Assembly (NCBI GenBank): GCA_964546835.1
Contig: CAZJKW010000001.1
Span: forward strand, 1 to 47,113
Reading direction: 5' to 3'
Length of the DNA: 47,113 bases
Source: an uncultured Fimbriimonadales bacterium
GTDB taxonomy: Bacteria > Armatimonadota > Fimbriimonadia > Fimbriimonadales > ATM1
The first letter of the stretch is position 1. Each line of letters starts with the position of its first letter. This document shows, piece by piece, positions 38,265-47,113 of the stretch. A model generated the notes under the pieces. It did not search any database and had not been told where the DNA came from. It saw only the letters and a program-made list of their open reading frames with translations. A program made the position numbers and the translations under genes.

Positions 38265-40013
38265 TTAGTCAATATTTCCGTCAAATACTCCGGCACTGAA
38301 AGCATTAAACATTCCAGCATAAGTTCCATTTTTATCCAAAAGTTCGTTATGGGAACCTGACTCAATTATCTGGCCATTACTTAAAACGATAATTTGGTCT
38401 GCACGTGCGGCGGTATTAAGCCGGTGGGCAATCAACAAAGTTGTTCTGTTTTTCATGATGCCATCCAAGGCACTTTGGACGGCTTGTTCACTAACAGGAT
38501 CGAGAGATGATGTTGCTTCGTCAAGAATGAGCAACGTTGGCTCCATTGCAATTGCGCGAGCGATTGCGATCCGTTGCATTTCACCACCAGAAAGGCGATT
38601 TCCTTTTTCTCCCAATTCTGTTTCATATCCATCGGGCGTAGATCGAATAAATTCATCTGCATGTGCCGCATAAGCGGCCGCGAGGATTTCTTCTCGCGAT
38701 GCATTTGGTTTACCATAGGCAATGTTCTCGCCAATAGTTGTTGCAAACAGCATTGTTTGTTGGGGGACAATTCCGATTTGACTTCGCAACCAATCAATTT
38801 GCAAATCTCGAATATCAATTCCATCGAACGTAATGTATCCTTCAGTGGGATCGTAGAATCTTAATACCAGGTCTGATATTGTGCTTTTTCCGGAACCACT
38901 TCTCCCTACCAAAGCGGTCACTTGTCCCGGCTTAATAGTGAAGTTTGCATTATTAACTGCCAAAGTCCCATCGGGGTATCTGAATGAAACGTTATGAAAC
39001 TGTATTTCACCTTTTGGGTCACCTAACTTAATCGCATCCGGCTTAGATTGAATGTCAGATTCGACATCCAATACTTCATGATAAATTCGCTCGGTCGCAC
39101 TTGTCACTTGACTCATCGTGCTTGAAAAATTCCCAAGACTTGTTGCTCCATTTTTGATTCTGTCTAGTGTAAATCCAAATGTGATTAACGACGCAGCGTC
39201 CATGTGATTGTCAGTTACAAGTCTTCCGCCGATATAAATGGTCAAAGCAAGTCCAAATGCACCAATCAACTCAATAAGTGGCTTCAAAGATGCAAACCTG
39301 CGCGTCAAAATCATGTTGGAATCAAAAGTTTTTTTGATTTGATTAGCAAATCTTTGCTGCTCCCTTTCTTCGGCTCCAAAAGATTTTACGATTCGGATTG
39401 CGTTCAAGGATTCCTGCATTAAAGATTGCATGCCTGCCATTTCGTTCTGTACAGCCGTTTGGGCGATTTTGACTTTTCTCGATGTTTTTCTAATGGCGAA
39501 AATGACAGGAGGTAAAAACAACAGTGACAGCAACGTGAGCTGCCAACTTAGATAAAAAAGCCAACAAACTCCACCAATTACAAGCAACGGCCCGTTTATT
39601 GCATCACGAATGCTTGTTATTCCGTTTTGGACAATAGTTACGTCATTTGTGATTACGCTTTGGAGTGCGCCAACGCGCTGGCGATTGAAAAATGCCATTG
39701 GTAATTGCTGAAGTTTTCCGAACAGCAGGATTCGCAGATCGGCGGTCATCGCTTGCGCAGCTTTTGTAATGTAGTAGGTTTGTCCAAAAGTAAACCAATA
39801 CTTGAGCCCGTACATTCCAATGACTGCTAAACACAACCAGCCGAGAAGTTGAATGTCTTTAGCATCAATCGCTGCAAAAACAAACTTGATGATTCCAACG
39901 CCGGCAAGGTCGAGTAAAGAAGCCACGGCCGTGCATAGAAGGCCACTTAGTAAAAACCTTTTTTGCGCTTTTGCATGTTTTAAGAATCGCGAATCAAAGA
40001 ATCTTTCAAGCAT
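38265..40013 (-). CDS. msbA: Lipid A export ABC transporter (fused permease-ATPase), MsbA-like
   Basis: 582 aa. Six-TM N-terminal half, then GRSGSGKST, LSGGEMQR and LILDEATS. It is adjacent to lpxB. Confidence 0.8.
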   Translation of the reverse strand: MLERFFDSRFLKHAKAQKRFLLSGLLCTAVASLLDLAGVGIIKFVFAAIDAKDIQLLGWLCLAVIGMYGLKYWFTFGQTYYITKAAQAMTADLRILLFGKLQQLPMAFFNRQRVGALQSVITNDVTIVQNGITSIRDAINGPLLVIGGVCWLFYLSWQLTLLSLLFLPPVIFAIRKTSRKVKIAQTAVQNEMAGMQSLMQESLNAIRIVKSFGAEEREQQRFANQIKKTFDSNMILTRRFASLKPLIELIGAFGLALTIYIGGRLVTDNHMDAASLITFGFTLDRIKNGATSLGNFSSTMSQVTSATERIYHEVLDVESDIQSKPDAIKLGDPKGEIQFHNVSFRYPDGTLAVNNANFTIKPGQVTALVGRSGSGKSTISDLVLRFYDPTEGYITFDGIDIRDLQIDWLRSQIGIVPQQTMLFATTIGENIAYGKPNASREEILAAAYAAHADEFIRSTPDGYETELGEKGNRLSGGEMQRIAIARAIAMEPTLLILDEATSSLDPVSEQAVQSALDGIMKNRTTLLIAHRLNTAARADQIIVLSNGQIIESGSHNELLDKNGTYAGMFNAFSAGVFDGNID

Positions 40014-40014
40014 T

Positions 40015-41118
40015 TTATTTTGTGCCCATCATGTCTACGGCAATCTTTGCAGTTCGAGTAATTGCATTGTTTGGACCCAAAGCTTGTCGTATCTGCTTAA
40101 AATCTTCTAACTGCTGATTACGTGCTTTTGTGTTGGTTAAAATTTTAGAAAACTGTGCGGCGATGTTTTCTGGTGTTGCATTTTCCTGAAGCAATTCAGG
40201 AGCGACCTCTTTATCTAAAATAATGGACGGCAAAGCAATGTATTTTAGTCTCAATCGTCTTAACTTGTGTTCCAAGTTCATTATTTTGTCAACTTTATAA
40301 ATCACAATCAATGGACAGTTGCACACGGCTGATTCCAGCGTTGCTGTGCCTGAACAAACAATTGAAGCCACCGATTCACTGAGTACGATTGACGCAGGTT
40401 GCAACGAGATTTCAATCGGCACGCTTGAATGCTTTGTCCATTCAATTCTTAAGAATTCTTCAGAAACCGTTTGAGCGGCAACGAGTTTGATTCTTAAATG
40501 GCTTGGTAGTTTTATTTTATCAAACGACCGGGCAATTGGCGGCAAGTTATTGATAATTTCGTGATGGCGGCTCCCCGGCAAAATTGCGATTAAGTTTCGT
40601 TCTTTGTTTGGTGATTCAGTAACCATTTGCAAAATCGGATGACCGACCCATTCTGCGTCGGCCCCCATTTTGTTGAGCAAGTCAGCAGACCATTCAAAGG
40701 GTGTTGCAATCTTATCGGTTACTTTTGGCAAATCCGTTCCTTGGAATTCTTTTTTCCAACTTCCCGGCGGCATAAAATACAGCACTTTGCTTCCCAGTCC
40801 TTTTGCAAATTTGCAAAGCCTAACGTTAAAGTAGCCGAAATCAATTGCAATGAGAAGGTCCGGTTTATGATTTTTCATCCACTTTTTCAGTTTTAAGAAT
40901 TGAATCAGTACTTTTGGAACAACTTTGATTGCCTGAAAAAGACCCATGACTCCCCAAGTTGTTGAGTTGCAAACAATTTCACAACCGGCATCGGACAATT
41001 TTCGTCCTCCAACCGCAAAAAATTCTCCGTTGAAACCCATTGATTTTAGTTCTTTGACGAGCTCCGAACCAACGGAGTCGCCACTCGCTTCTCCTGCGGA
41101 AAGAAAAATTGTTGCCAT
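40015..41118 (-). CDS. lpxB: Lipid-A-disaccharide synthase
   Basis: N terminus IFLSAGEASGD, 367 aa, in lpxA-lpxB synteny. Confidence 0.85.
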   Translation of the reverse strand: MATIFLSAGEASGDSVGSELVKELKSMGFNGEFFAVGGRKLSDAGCEIVCNSTTWGVMGLFQAIKVVPKVLIQFLKLKKWMKNHKPDLLIAIDFGYFNVRLCKFAKGLGSKVLYFMPPGSWKKEFQGTDLPKVTDKIATPFEWSADLLNKMGADAEWVGHPILQMVTESPNKERNLIAILPGSRHHEIINNLPPIARSFDKIKLPSHLRIKLVAAQTVSEEFLRIEWTKHSSVPIEISLQPASIVLSESVASIVCSGTATLESAVCNCPLIVIYKVDKIMNLEHKLRRLRLKYIALPSIILDKEVAPELLQENATPENIAAQFSKILTNTKARNQQLEDFKQIRQALGPNNAITRTAKIAVDMMGTK

Positions 41119-41128
41119 TATAAAAAGA

Positions 41129-41917
41129 CTATTTCTGGTCTTGTCTGCCGAAACGGCCTCCGCCGATATTTGCTAAAAAGTTGAGTAGATAAGATACTTC
41201 TTCCGTAATTGTAACTTCTCGTTTGACGGCTTCAATGGCGCGGGTCATTCCCATCTCTGACCTAAAGAGAAGTTTGCATGCTCTATGCAGTGCTAATCTT
41301 GCATCTGGTGTGACTCCGAGGCGCCTCAGCCCAACCGAATTGATGTCATAAACCCTTAAAGGGGTGCCTTCGGTAAGCATAAATGGCGGTACGTCTCGGA
41401 CGACTCGGCTCATTCCACCAACCATCGCATATTTGCCTATCCTAACAAACTGGTGTACTCCTGTCATTCCGCCAATATTTACACCGTCTTCTACTGTTGC
41501 ATGACCGGCAATTCCCACATTATTTGCCATAGTAATGCCGTTATGAAGTACCACGTTATGCCCCAAATGACAAAACGCCATCAAATAATTATTGTCGCCA
41601 ACAACTGTTTTCTTATCTGCGCCTGTTGCACGATGAAGTGTTACAAATTCTCGAAATACGTTGTCATTTCCAACTTCTAAAAATGTTGGCTCTCCGGAAA
41701 ACTTTCTATCTTGCGGGTCTCCTCCAATCACTGAGCCATGCCCCACGACGTTTCTTTTACCCATCGTGACATTGTTTCGTATTACTGAATGAGCTTCAAT
41801 CACCGAATCGTCACCAATAATCACAGATTTTTCAATTACAACAAAAGGACCGACGCGCACGCCATTCCCAAGTTGCGCTCCGGGATCAATTGTTGCTGAT
41901 GGGTGGATTTCGGTCAA
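41129..41917 (-). CDS. lpxA: Acyl-ACP--UDP-N-acetylglucosamine O-acyltransferase
   Basis: MTEIHPSATIDPGAQLG with left-handed beta-helix hexapeptide repeats and a helical C-terminal domain. 262 aa. Confidence 0.9.
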   Translation of the reverse strand: MTEIHPSATIDPGAQLGNGVRVGPFVVIEKSVIIGDDSVIEAHSVIRNNVTMGKRNVVGHGSVIGGDPQDRKFSGEPTFLEVGNDNVFREFVTLHRATGADKKTVVGDNNYLMAFCHLGHNVVLHNGITMANNVGIAGHATVEDGVNIGGMTGVHQFVRIGKYAMVGGMSRVVRDVPPFMLTEGTPLRVYDINSVGLRRLGVTPDARLALHRACKLLFRSEMGMTRAIEAVKREVTITEEVSYLLNFLANIGGGRFGRQDQK

Positions 41918-42369
41918 ATCACTTCTCCGTTCTTTAGTAATTTGAAAGATATTTCTGCTTCAGCAACTAGCACATCATCAACAAACCCTTTGGTTTTAAT
42001 TGCCCCAACATTTGATCGGAACCACAACGGTTCTGCTTCTGTAACCAACCTGTCACCAGGGACAACCGGTTTCTTGAATTTGACTTTTTCCAATGATGCG
42101 ATAATCGGTACAAACCCTTTATATTCAGGGTCTGTCAAAACCAAAAGTGCGCCGACTTGTGCCATTGATTCAACAATTAACACGCCGGGCATGATTGGCA
42201 TGTGCGGATAGTGGCCTTCAAAAAAACACTCATTGATTGTTAAGTTCTTGTAACCTCTTATGAACTTTCCCGGATCCAGCGAGTCAACTCTGTCTACCAA
42301 TAACATCGGATAGCGATGCGGCAACATTGACATGATTTCTCTTATGTTCAAACTCATATTTTTGTCCAT
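41914..42369 (-). CDS. fabZ: 3-hydroxyacyl-ACP dehydratase
   Basis: LPHRYPMLLVDRV and FFEGHYP..PIMPGVL motifs. The start may instead be the ATG at 42357. Confidence 0.9.
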   Translation of the reverse strand: MDKNMSLNIREIMSMLPHRYPMLLVDRVDSLDPGKFIRGYKNLTINECFFEGHYPHMPIMPGVLIVESMAQVGALLVLTDPEYKGFVPIIASLEKVKFKKPVVPGDRLVTEAEPLWFRSNVGAIKTKGFVDDVLVAEAEISFKLLKNGEVI

Positions 42370-43172
42370 TTACAAAGTTCTACAATTCTTTTGGAAACTT
42401 CAACATTCATTTCATGTCCGCTGCCAACTGCGGAAACGTTTAGAAAATGAGGTGGTATTCCCGACAGTGCCAGATCTCCGATACAGTCGAGCATTTTATG
42501 CCTTGCAGGCTCATTTTCAAACAAGCAAGGGCTAAGATACCCGTCCTTCCCCAATATGAGCGTGTTTTGGGCGGTTCCACCCTTTCCCAAGCCCATTGCA
42601 AGCAGTTGGTCAATTTCCTCTTCCATCGTTATCGTCCGCGCCGGTGCAATGTCGGTCAGATAATCATCGGTTTTGAAATCAAATTCAAACAATTGTTTTC
42701 CCGGCCATCTTGCACCTGTGTCAAATTCATACTTCCACTTACCGGTTCCGGCGGACACTGCAATTCGAAAGCGATCTTTTTGCGAGTGCGCCCTGCCAAA
42801 CAGTTCAAAAGTTGAACAAATGTTAATGTTAGTGACGACTGCAGAAATGAGTCCTTTAGCAAACGAAAGCGATGCGCCATCCAAAATCGGCAGTTCAGGA
42901 TTTTTGTGAACATGAATCTCAGCATCGGTTACTCCCAAACCTGAAATTGCACTCAAAAGGTGTTCGACCGTTCTTAAAGGACCGAGCCAAGTGCTTCGAG
43001 GAGTTTTGCTGACATTGGATGGTTTTGCTTCGTATTCATCTCCTTTGTAATGAAACCAAACTCCTCTGCTGCCGGGTCGAATTTCAACCGACGATTCCAA
43101 TCCTGTGTGTATGCCTACACCAACAAACTCAATTGAATGCGCAATAGTTTTTCGTTCAAATGTTATCTGCAT
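42354..43172 (-). CDS. lpxC: UDP-3-O-acyl-N-acetylglucosamine deacetylase
   Basis: GVGIHTG, TVEHLLSA, PILDGAS and HKMLD motifs. 272 aa. Confidence 0.9.
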   Translation of the reverse strand: MQITFERKTIAHSIEFVGVGIHTGLESSVEIRPGSRGVWFHYKGDEYEAKPSNVSKTPRSTWLGPLRTVEHLLSAISGLGVTDAEIHVHKNPELPILDGASLSFAKGLISAVVTNINICSTFELFGRAHSQKDRFRIAVSAGTGKWKYEFDTGARWPGKQLFEFDFKTDDYLTDIAPARTITMEEEIDQLLAMGLGKGGTAQNTLILGKDGYLSPCLFENEPARHKMLDCIGDLALSGIPPHFLNVSAVGSGHEMNVEVSKRIVELCKWTKI

Positions 43173-44208
43173 TCTCTTTTTGCAATTCAGTTATGATTTG
43201 TTCAAGTTTCTTTATTCGTTCATTTAATTGGGGCAATTTTGAAATGAGCAAATGAACTCGTGCTGCATCTCTAAACTCAAGTAAGGGATGCCCCCAGTAA
43301 TTTCCTGAACTTTCAACGTGCTTAGATACAATTGATCCACCACCAATTGAAACATCGTCGGTAATATTAAGGTGGTCGCCGACTCCAACACCGCCACCCA
43401 TAATTACGCGAGAGCCAACATTTGAACTTCCGGCAATACCGGACTGTCCTGCAATAATGCTATCTTGACCAATTGATACGTTGTGCGCAATTTGAACCAG
43501 GTTATCGATTTTGGTTCCTGAGCCAATAAGAGTTTCTCCGGCAGTTGCGCGGTCAATTGCAGTAACTGCACCAATTTCACAATCGTCGCCGATTCTCACA
43601 GTTCCGACTTGTGGAACTTTGCGGTGTTTTACTCCATCCCAAAAATAACCGAATCCATCTGCGCCAATGACCGATCCGGAATGTACAATCGTACGGTCAC
43701 CGATTTCAATGTTACGATACAATGTTGCATGCGGATAAATTTTCGCTCCAATCCCGATTTGACAATTTTCTCCAATGTAACAAAATGGATAAATCTTTGA
43801 CTCTTCTGCAAGGACCACTCCGGATTCAATAACACAAAACGCTCCAACAGAAGCATCTTTATCAACTTGGGCTTCGGGAGAAATTATCGCAGTTGGATGA
43901 ATTCCGGGGGATAAAGGCAACTCTCGCCATGCCATTGCCAATATTCTTCCAAATGCAAGTCGTGGCGATTCGCACTTAATGTGTGGTTTGGAACAATTCG
44001 TTTCGTCAACGTTGACTAAGACAGCTCCGACATTAGACTCATTAACGATTTGTAAATACTCCTTCGATTCTGCAAACGTAATCCCGCCAAAATCGTTGCT
44101 GCCAGCCGGAACGGGTCTAAAAATTTGTAACTCCGGTGGGCCGAACAATTCACCCCCGACGATTTCAGCAATTTCGGATAATGTCCAATTTAGTTGTTCT
44201 TGAGCCAA
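43156..44208 (-). CDS. lpxD: UDP-3-O-acylglucosamine N-acyltransferase
   Basis: N-terminal LSEIAEIVGGEL domain, hexapeptide repeats and a C-terminal coiled helix. 350 aa. Confidence 0.9.
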   Translation of the reverse strand: MAQEQLNWTLSEIAEIVGGELFGPPELQIFRPVPAGSNDFGGITFAESKEYLQIVNESNVGAVLVNVDETNCSKPHIKCESPRLAFGRILAMAWRELPLSPGIHPTAIISPEAQVDKDASVGAFCVIESGVVLAEESKIYPFCYIGENCQIGIGAKIYPHATLYRNIEIGDRTIVHSGSVIGADGFGYFWDGVKHRKVPQVGTVRIGDDCEIGAVTAIDRATAGETLIGSGTKIDNLVQIAHNVSIGQDSIIAGQSGIAGSSNVGSRVIMGGGVGVGDHLNITDDVSIGGGSIVSKHVESSGNYWGHPLLEFRDAARVHLLISKLPQLNERIKKLEQIITELQKENADNI

Positions 44209-45185
44209 GTCTTAAACTCCTGGGTTCGGTCAGTTGCGTTCGTTTTGGTAGATGCGAGTTTGTACCCGTATAGACTTAGCCAAATGTTGAGTTTTTTGAG
44301 AATCACTTCTCGGGTTGGATTGATTCTTGCGATTGGCACCAGACTATTTAGAGAGACCGACATTCCCGGGATGACAATAACACGACCTGCTATCTCAGGC
44401 AAGACTCCAGCTGACGAGTCCAAAAGTTTGGGAATTGAAATTCGGTCAGTCGATGCCAATCTGTCCTTCGCTTGTTTTTTGGCTAGGACTTCAATCCTTT
44501 CAAGTTCATTTCGAATCAGTGTAGCAACTCGATCTCGTAATTCCGAAGACAATCTAAAGTTATCCTTCAAATAGGCCTGAACTTTTGATTCAAAACTGTC
44601 ATCAATTGTCGCAAGTTTGCTGTGAAGTTGCTTCCATTCGTTTTCCAACTCTTTTTCATATACAGAATATTTCAATACAATTTCTTTGTTTGGAATTGTA
44701 CGCTGTTCAGGATATCCACGAATCAATGCCATACGTACAACCATAATCGAACGGTCTTCTGCATGTTGTTTTGTCCATTCGGAAATCGTCTCAACGATTT
44801 GATTTGAAAATTCTGAAACCTGATTGCTAAGTTCAGATTGGATGCTCTTTTTGAATTGACCAAAGTCCACCATTGCTTCTTTTAAATAAGTTGTTTCCAA
44901 CTCTCTTAAGGTTGTTTCGCGTTGGTTTTGAATCAATCTTAACGCTTGCTCTCGTCTATCTTCGGTTTGTTGTCTACCGCTCGCGGTAGCATTTCGTTTT
45001 CTAATCAGTCCTTGGAAAGCGCCAAAAGATGACGTGGCTGAAGCCATTGCTTTGCCTTCAGCCACAATATCATTGTCGCGAATCAAGCTTATGTCAACGT
45101 AAACTAATTCTGAACTACGCTGACATCCTATAAAAAATATTGAAACTCCGCTAAGGAGTATCGGCGTCAAATACCTTAAGGACAT
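44190..45185 (-). CDS. Hypothetical lipoprotein, largely helical/coiled-coil
   Basis: LLSGVSIFFIGC lipobox-like signal. 331 aa, rich in E/K/R/Q heptad-like stretches. It sits between skp and lpxD, overlapping both. Confidence 0.55.
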   Translation of the reverse strand: MSLRYLTPILLSGVSIFFIGCQRSSELVYVDISLIRDNDIVAEGKAMASATSSFGAFQGLIRKRNATASGRQQTEDRREQALRLIQNQRETTLRELETTYLKEAMVDFGQFKKSIQSELSNQVSEFSNQIVETISEWTKQHAEDRSIMVVRMALIRGYPEQRTIPNKEIVLKYSVYEKELENEWKQLHSKLATIDDSFESKVQAYLKDNFRLSSELRDRVATLIRNELERIEVLAKKQAKDRLASTDRISIPKLLDSSAGVLPEIAGRVIVIPGMSVSLNSLVPIARINPTREVILKKLNIWLSLYGYKLASTKTNATDRTQEFKTWLKNN

Positions 45186-45789
45186 CTGTTGTTACGTCAT
45201 TTGCTCCGTAAGGGGCCGAATTTGATTCATGAATGATGGTATAGCCATCTCTCTTTCCCAATTTTTTCACTGCCTCACGTGCTTTTGACAAAACTTCGGT
45301 TTGAGCATTGCTTGCCAGTTCACTCATTTGCTGACCAAACTCTCGGTCCCAGTCACGCAATCTTTCCAGAGTGTCGTTTCCATAGCCGGACAATTCTTGA
45401 ATTCGTTTTAATTGGGTTTCAGTCGGATTGCTGACTTTCAGCAAATCGTCAAACTCTTGTTTTGCTCTTTGAATCAAAGTTTTCAAACCTTCTAATTGCT
45501 GAGTCTGATCAGCGGTTGGTTTATCTAACAGCGAAAGTTCCCTGAATTTTGTTGCTTGATCTTTAGACATTAATCGGTTTTGGTTCATAAATTGAAGTAT
45601 TGCTGTCATCTTTACTCTCAGTTTTTCAAATTCGTCTTTCTTCCTTTTGCCAAGTTTCGAATCTTCTGCCACTTTGGAAACGTCAACGACACCGAATTTG
45701 AGCACCGGCTGTTGAAATGCGGATAACGCAAAAAAAGTGACGGCTGCGAGCAACGTGCCAATTAGTACAAACTTCCTGTTTTCTTTCAT
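45151..45789 (-). CDS. skp: OmpH/Skp-family periplasmic chaperone
   Basis: I chose the ATG at 45789, which has an AGGAG RBS. Signal peptide MKENRKFVLIGTLLAAVTFFALSA, a long charged helical arm, and a position between bamA and lpxD. Confidence 0.75.
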   Translation of the reverse strand: MKENRKFVLIGTLLAAVTFFALSAFQQPVLKFGVVDVSKVAEDSKLGKRKKDEFEKLRVKMTAILQFMNQNRLMSKDQATKFRELSLLDKPTADQTQQLEGLKTLIQRAKQEFDDLLKVSNPTETQLKRIQELSGYGNDTLERLRDWDREFGQQMSELASNAQTEVLSKAREAVKKLGKRDGYTIIHESNSAPYGANDVTTDVLKVFDADTP

Positions 45790-45820
45790 ATAGTGATCTC
45801 CTTTTGAGCAAATTGAGTTT

Positions 45821-47113
45821 TTAGAAACTTCCTCCAATCAGGAAGTGTGTTTTTGATTTTCCTTTGTCATCAAAACCAAGGTCTAGACGAATAGGTCCGA
45901 AAGCCGTTCTGAAGTTAACGCCGATTCCGTACCCAAGTTTTAGGTCAAGCTCATCGGTCTGAGTGAGTGTGTTCAGATCTCCGTAACCGCCCCATGCGCT
46001 ACCGGCATCTACAAAAACAATCGCATTAAATCCTTTTTGAATTGGCTGACGGTATTCCACTTGGGCCATTACCATATTCTTGCCCCAATAGCGGTCTTCA
46101 GCGTAACCTCTAATTCCATTTGCACCGCCAACAAAAAATTGGTCATAGAATGGAACCGTCCCGGAGATCAAACCGCCTTGAACCCGAAATGCAAACACTT
46201 GTCGTGGTTCATCAAATTTTTCAATTGGCCTTCGAGGGCCTTTGCTAAAATAAGCACGATAATCAAAAATCAATTTGTTATAAAAATTATCGCCAAGGAC
46301 GTCAAATCCGGCCGGGAAGCCGCCAACACTTGTTATCCGGGCAAAACTGGGTTCAATTGAAACCCGAGCATAGTCGCCTTTAGCAGGGTCAACAGAGTTA
46401 TCTCGACGATTTCTTGTAAGAGAAAGATTAAGTCCAATATTTGTACCGTCTTGAATTACGAATTCTTCACCAGGATCAAGGACCAAATTTTTGCTGTCAA
46501 TATTTTCAAGTTGCACACCAAAAGTTGCCCGTGTGTCTTGCTTGAGAACTCTTGAAAGGTTAACATTTGCACCAGTTCTTCTTTGAGAAAATCTTTGATT
46601 AATTCCGCCTGAATTTCCAAACACTGAGGATCCAAACGTGAGCGATTCGCGAGAATAAATGCTTACGCTTAACCCTGATCGCCTGTTGTCAATAAACGGA
46701 TCAGCATATTCAAGAGTCAAGCTTGTTCCAAGGCCCTGAGCAGACTGTACAAAATTAATTCCAACCGTTTTGCCAGTACCGAAAAGATTTGTTTCATTGA
46801 TTTGAAGGAGTCCTGCCAAACGACTGCGCGGATCCAGCTGAACCCCAACGTTAAAGTTTCCTGAACGGTCTTCGGCTAATGTCAAGTCAATATCTACAAT
46901 TCCCACTTTAGGTTCAAAGGTTTCGGGCTTCATTTCCGAAAACCACCTTGTGTCAACGATTCTTCTCAAGTCGTTGGTGAAAACAGTAGAATTTAACAAC
47001 TCACCTTCTCGAGAATCCATCAACCGTTTGATGGTTGATATTTTTGTTCGTTTCAGACCCTTGTAGTTGATTTTTCCGATTCTTACTTCCGAAATTTCGA
47101 TAATTACTTTTGT
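45821..47113 (-). CDS. bamA: Outer membrane protein assembly factor BamA, C-terminal part (5' end outside the window)
   Basis: The reading frame stays open to the window edge (TKVIIEISEVRIGKINYKGL..., POTRA-like). The beta-barrel has alternating hydrophobic strands and a terminal ...HFLIGGSF aromatic signature. Confidence 0.88.
   Translation of the reverse strand, partial: TKVIIEISEVRIGKINYKGLKRTKISTIKRLMDSREGELLNSTVFTNDLRRIVDTRWFSEMKPETFEPKVGIVDIDLTLAEDRSGNFNVGVQLDPRSRLAGLLQINETNLFGTGKTVGINFVQSAQGLGTSLTLEYADPFIDNRRSGLSVSIYSRESLTFGSSVFGNSGGINQRFSQRRTGANVNLSRVLKQDTRATFGVQLENIDSKNLVLDPGEEFVIQDGTNIGLNLSLTRNRRDNSVDPAKGDYARVSIEPSFARITSVGGFPAGFDVLGDNFYNKLIFDYRAYFSKGPRRPIEKFDEPRQVFAFRVQGGLISGTVPFYDQFFVGGANGIRGYAEDRYWGKNMVMAQVEYRQPIQKGFNAIVFVDAGSAWGGYGDLNTLTQTDELDLKLGYGIGVNFRTAFGPIRLDLGFDDKGKSKTHFLIGGSF

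Overview
This is a dense, almost fully coding chromosomal segment from a diderm, lipid-A-making bacterium. The phylum cannot be fixed from this sequence alone.

Gene order, left to right:
- 3' end of tRNA-Ala(CGC), a DinB-like gene, and the kynA-kynU tryptophan catabolism pair.
- An alpha/beta hydrolase, then an ArsR-type regulator divergent from a serine hydrolase, a VOC protein and a roughly 1000-aa BNR/Asp-box propeller protein.
- A minus-strand block: tetR, tolC, MFP, RND, an unknown gene, mrp and a DAACS symporter.
- ftsZ outside any dcw cluster, a GYF/TM2 protein, a DUF512 radical-SAM-like gene, redox genes and a CCA-adding enzyme.
- A PilZ gene, pyrG, Nudix-lepB, and DUF4446 with an ECF sigma and anti-sigma factor.
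- pyrH-frr-uppS-dxr, then a DsbD-N-like gene with a thioredoxin-like gene.
- The envelope cluster: bamA (partial), skp, a lipoprotein, lpxD, lpxC, fabZ, lpxA, lpxB, msbA and an ABC-ATPase fusion.

I saw no CRISPR array, transposase, integrase, phage gene or recognisable defence gene. I read the window as core genome and found no convincing new multi-gene system.

The oddities worth follow-up are:
1. dxr carries two in-frame TGA codons but keeps an intact, conserved downstream frame.
2. A perfect 16+8+16 palindrome contains both start codons of the divergent ArsR / serine hydrolase pair.
3. The 224-nt pyrG upstream gap holds a TGTATAAT-N6-GGGC motif next to a TTG start, a tandem 45-nt repeat, and a 30-codon hydrophobic ORF with a strong SD and GC-rich hairpins.
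4. An orphan ABC ATPase fused to an extra C-terminal domain sits at the end of the lpx-msbA operon.
5. The RND pump has a two-helix insertion.

All calls come from reading motifs by eye; no database search was run.
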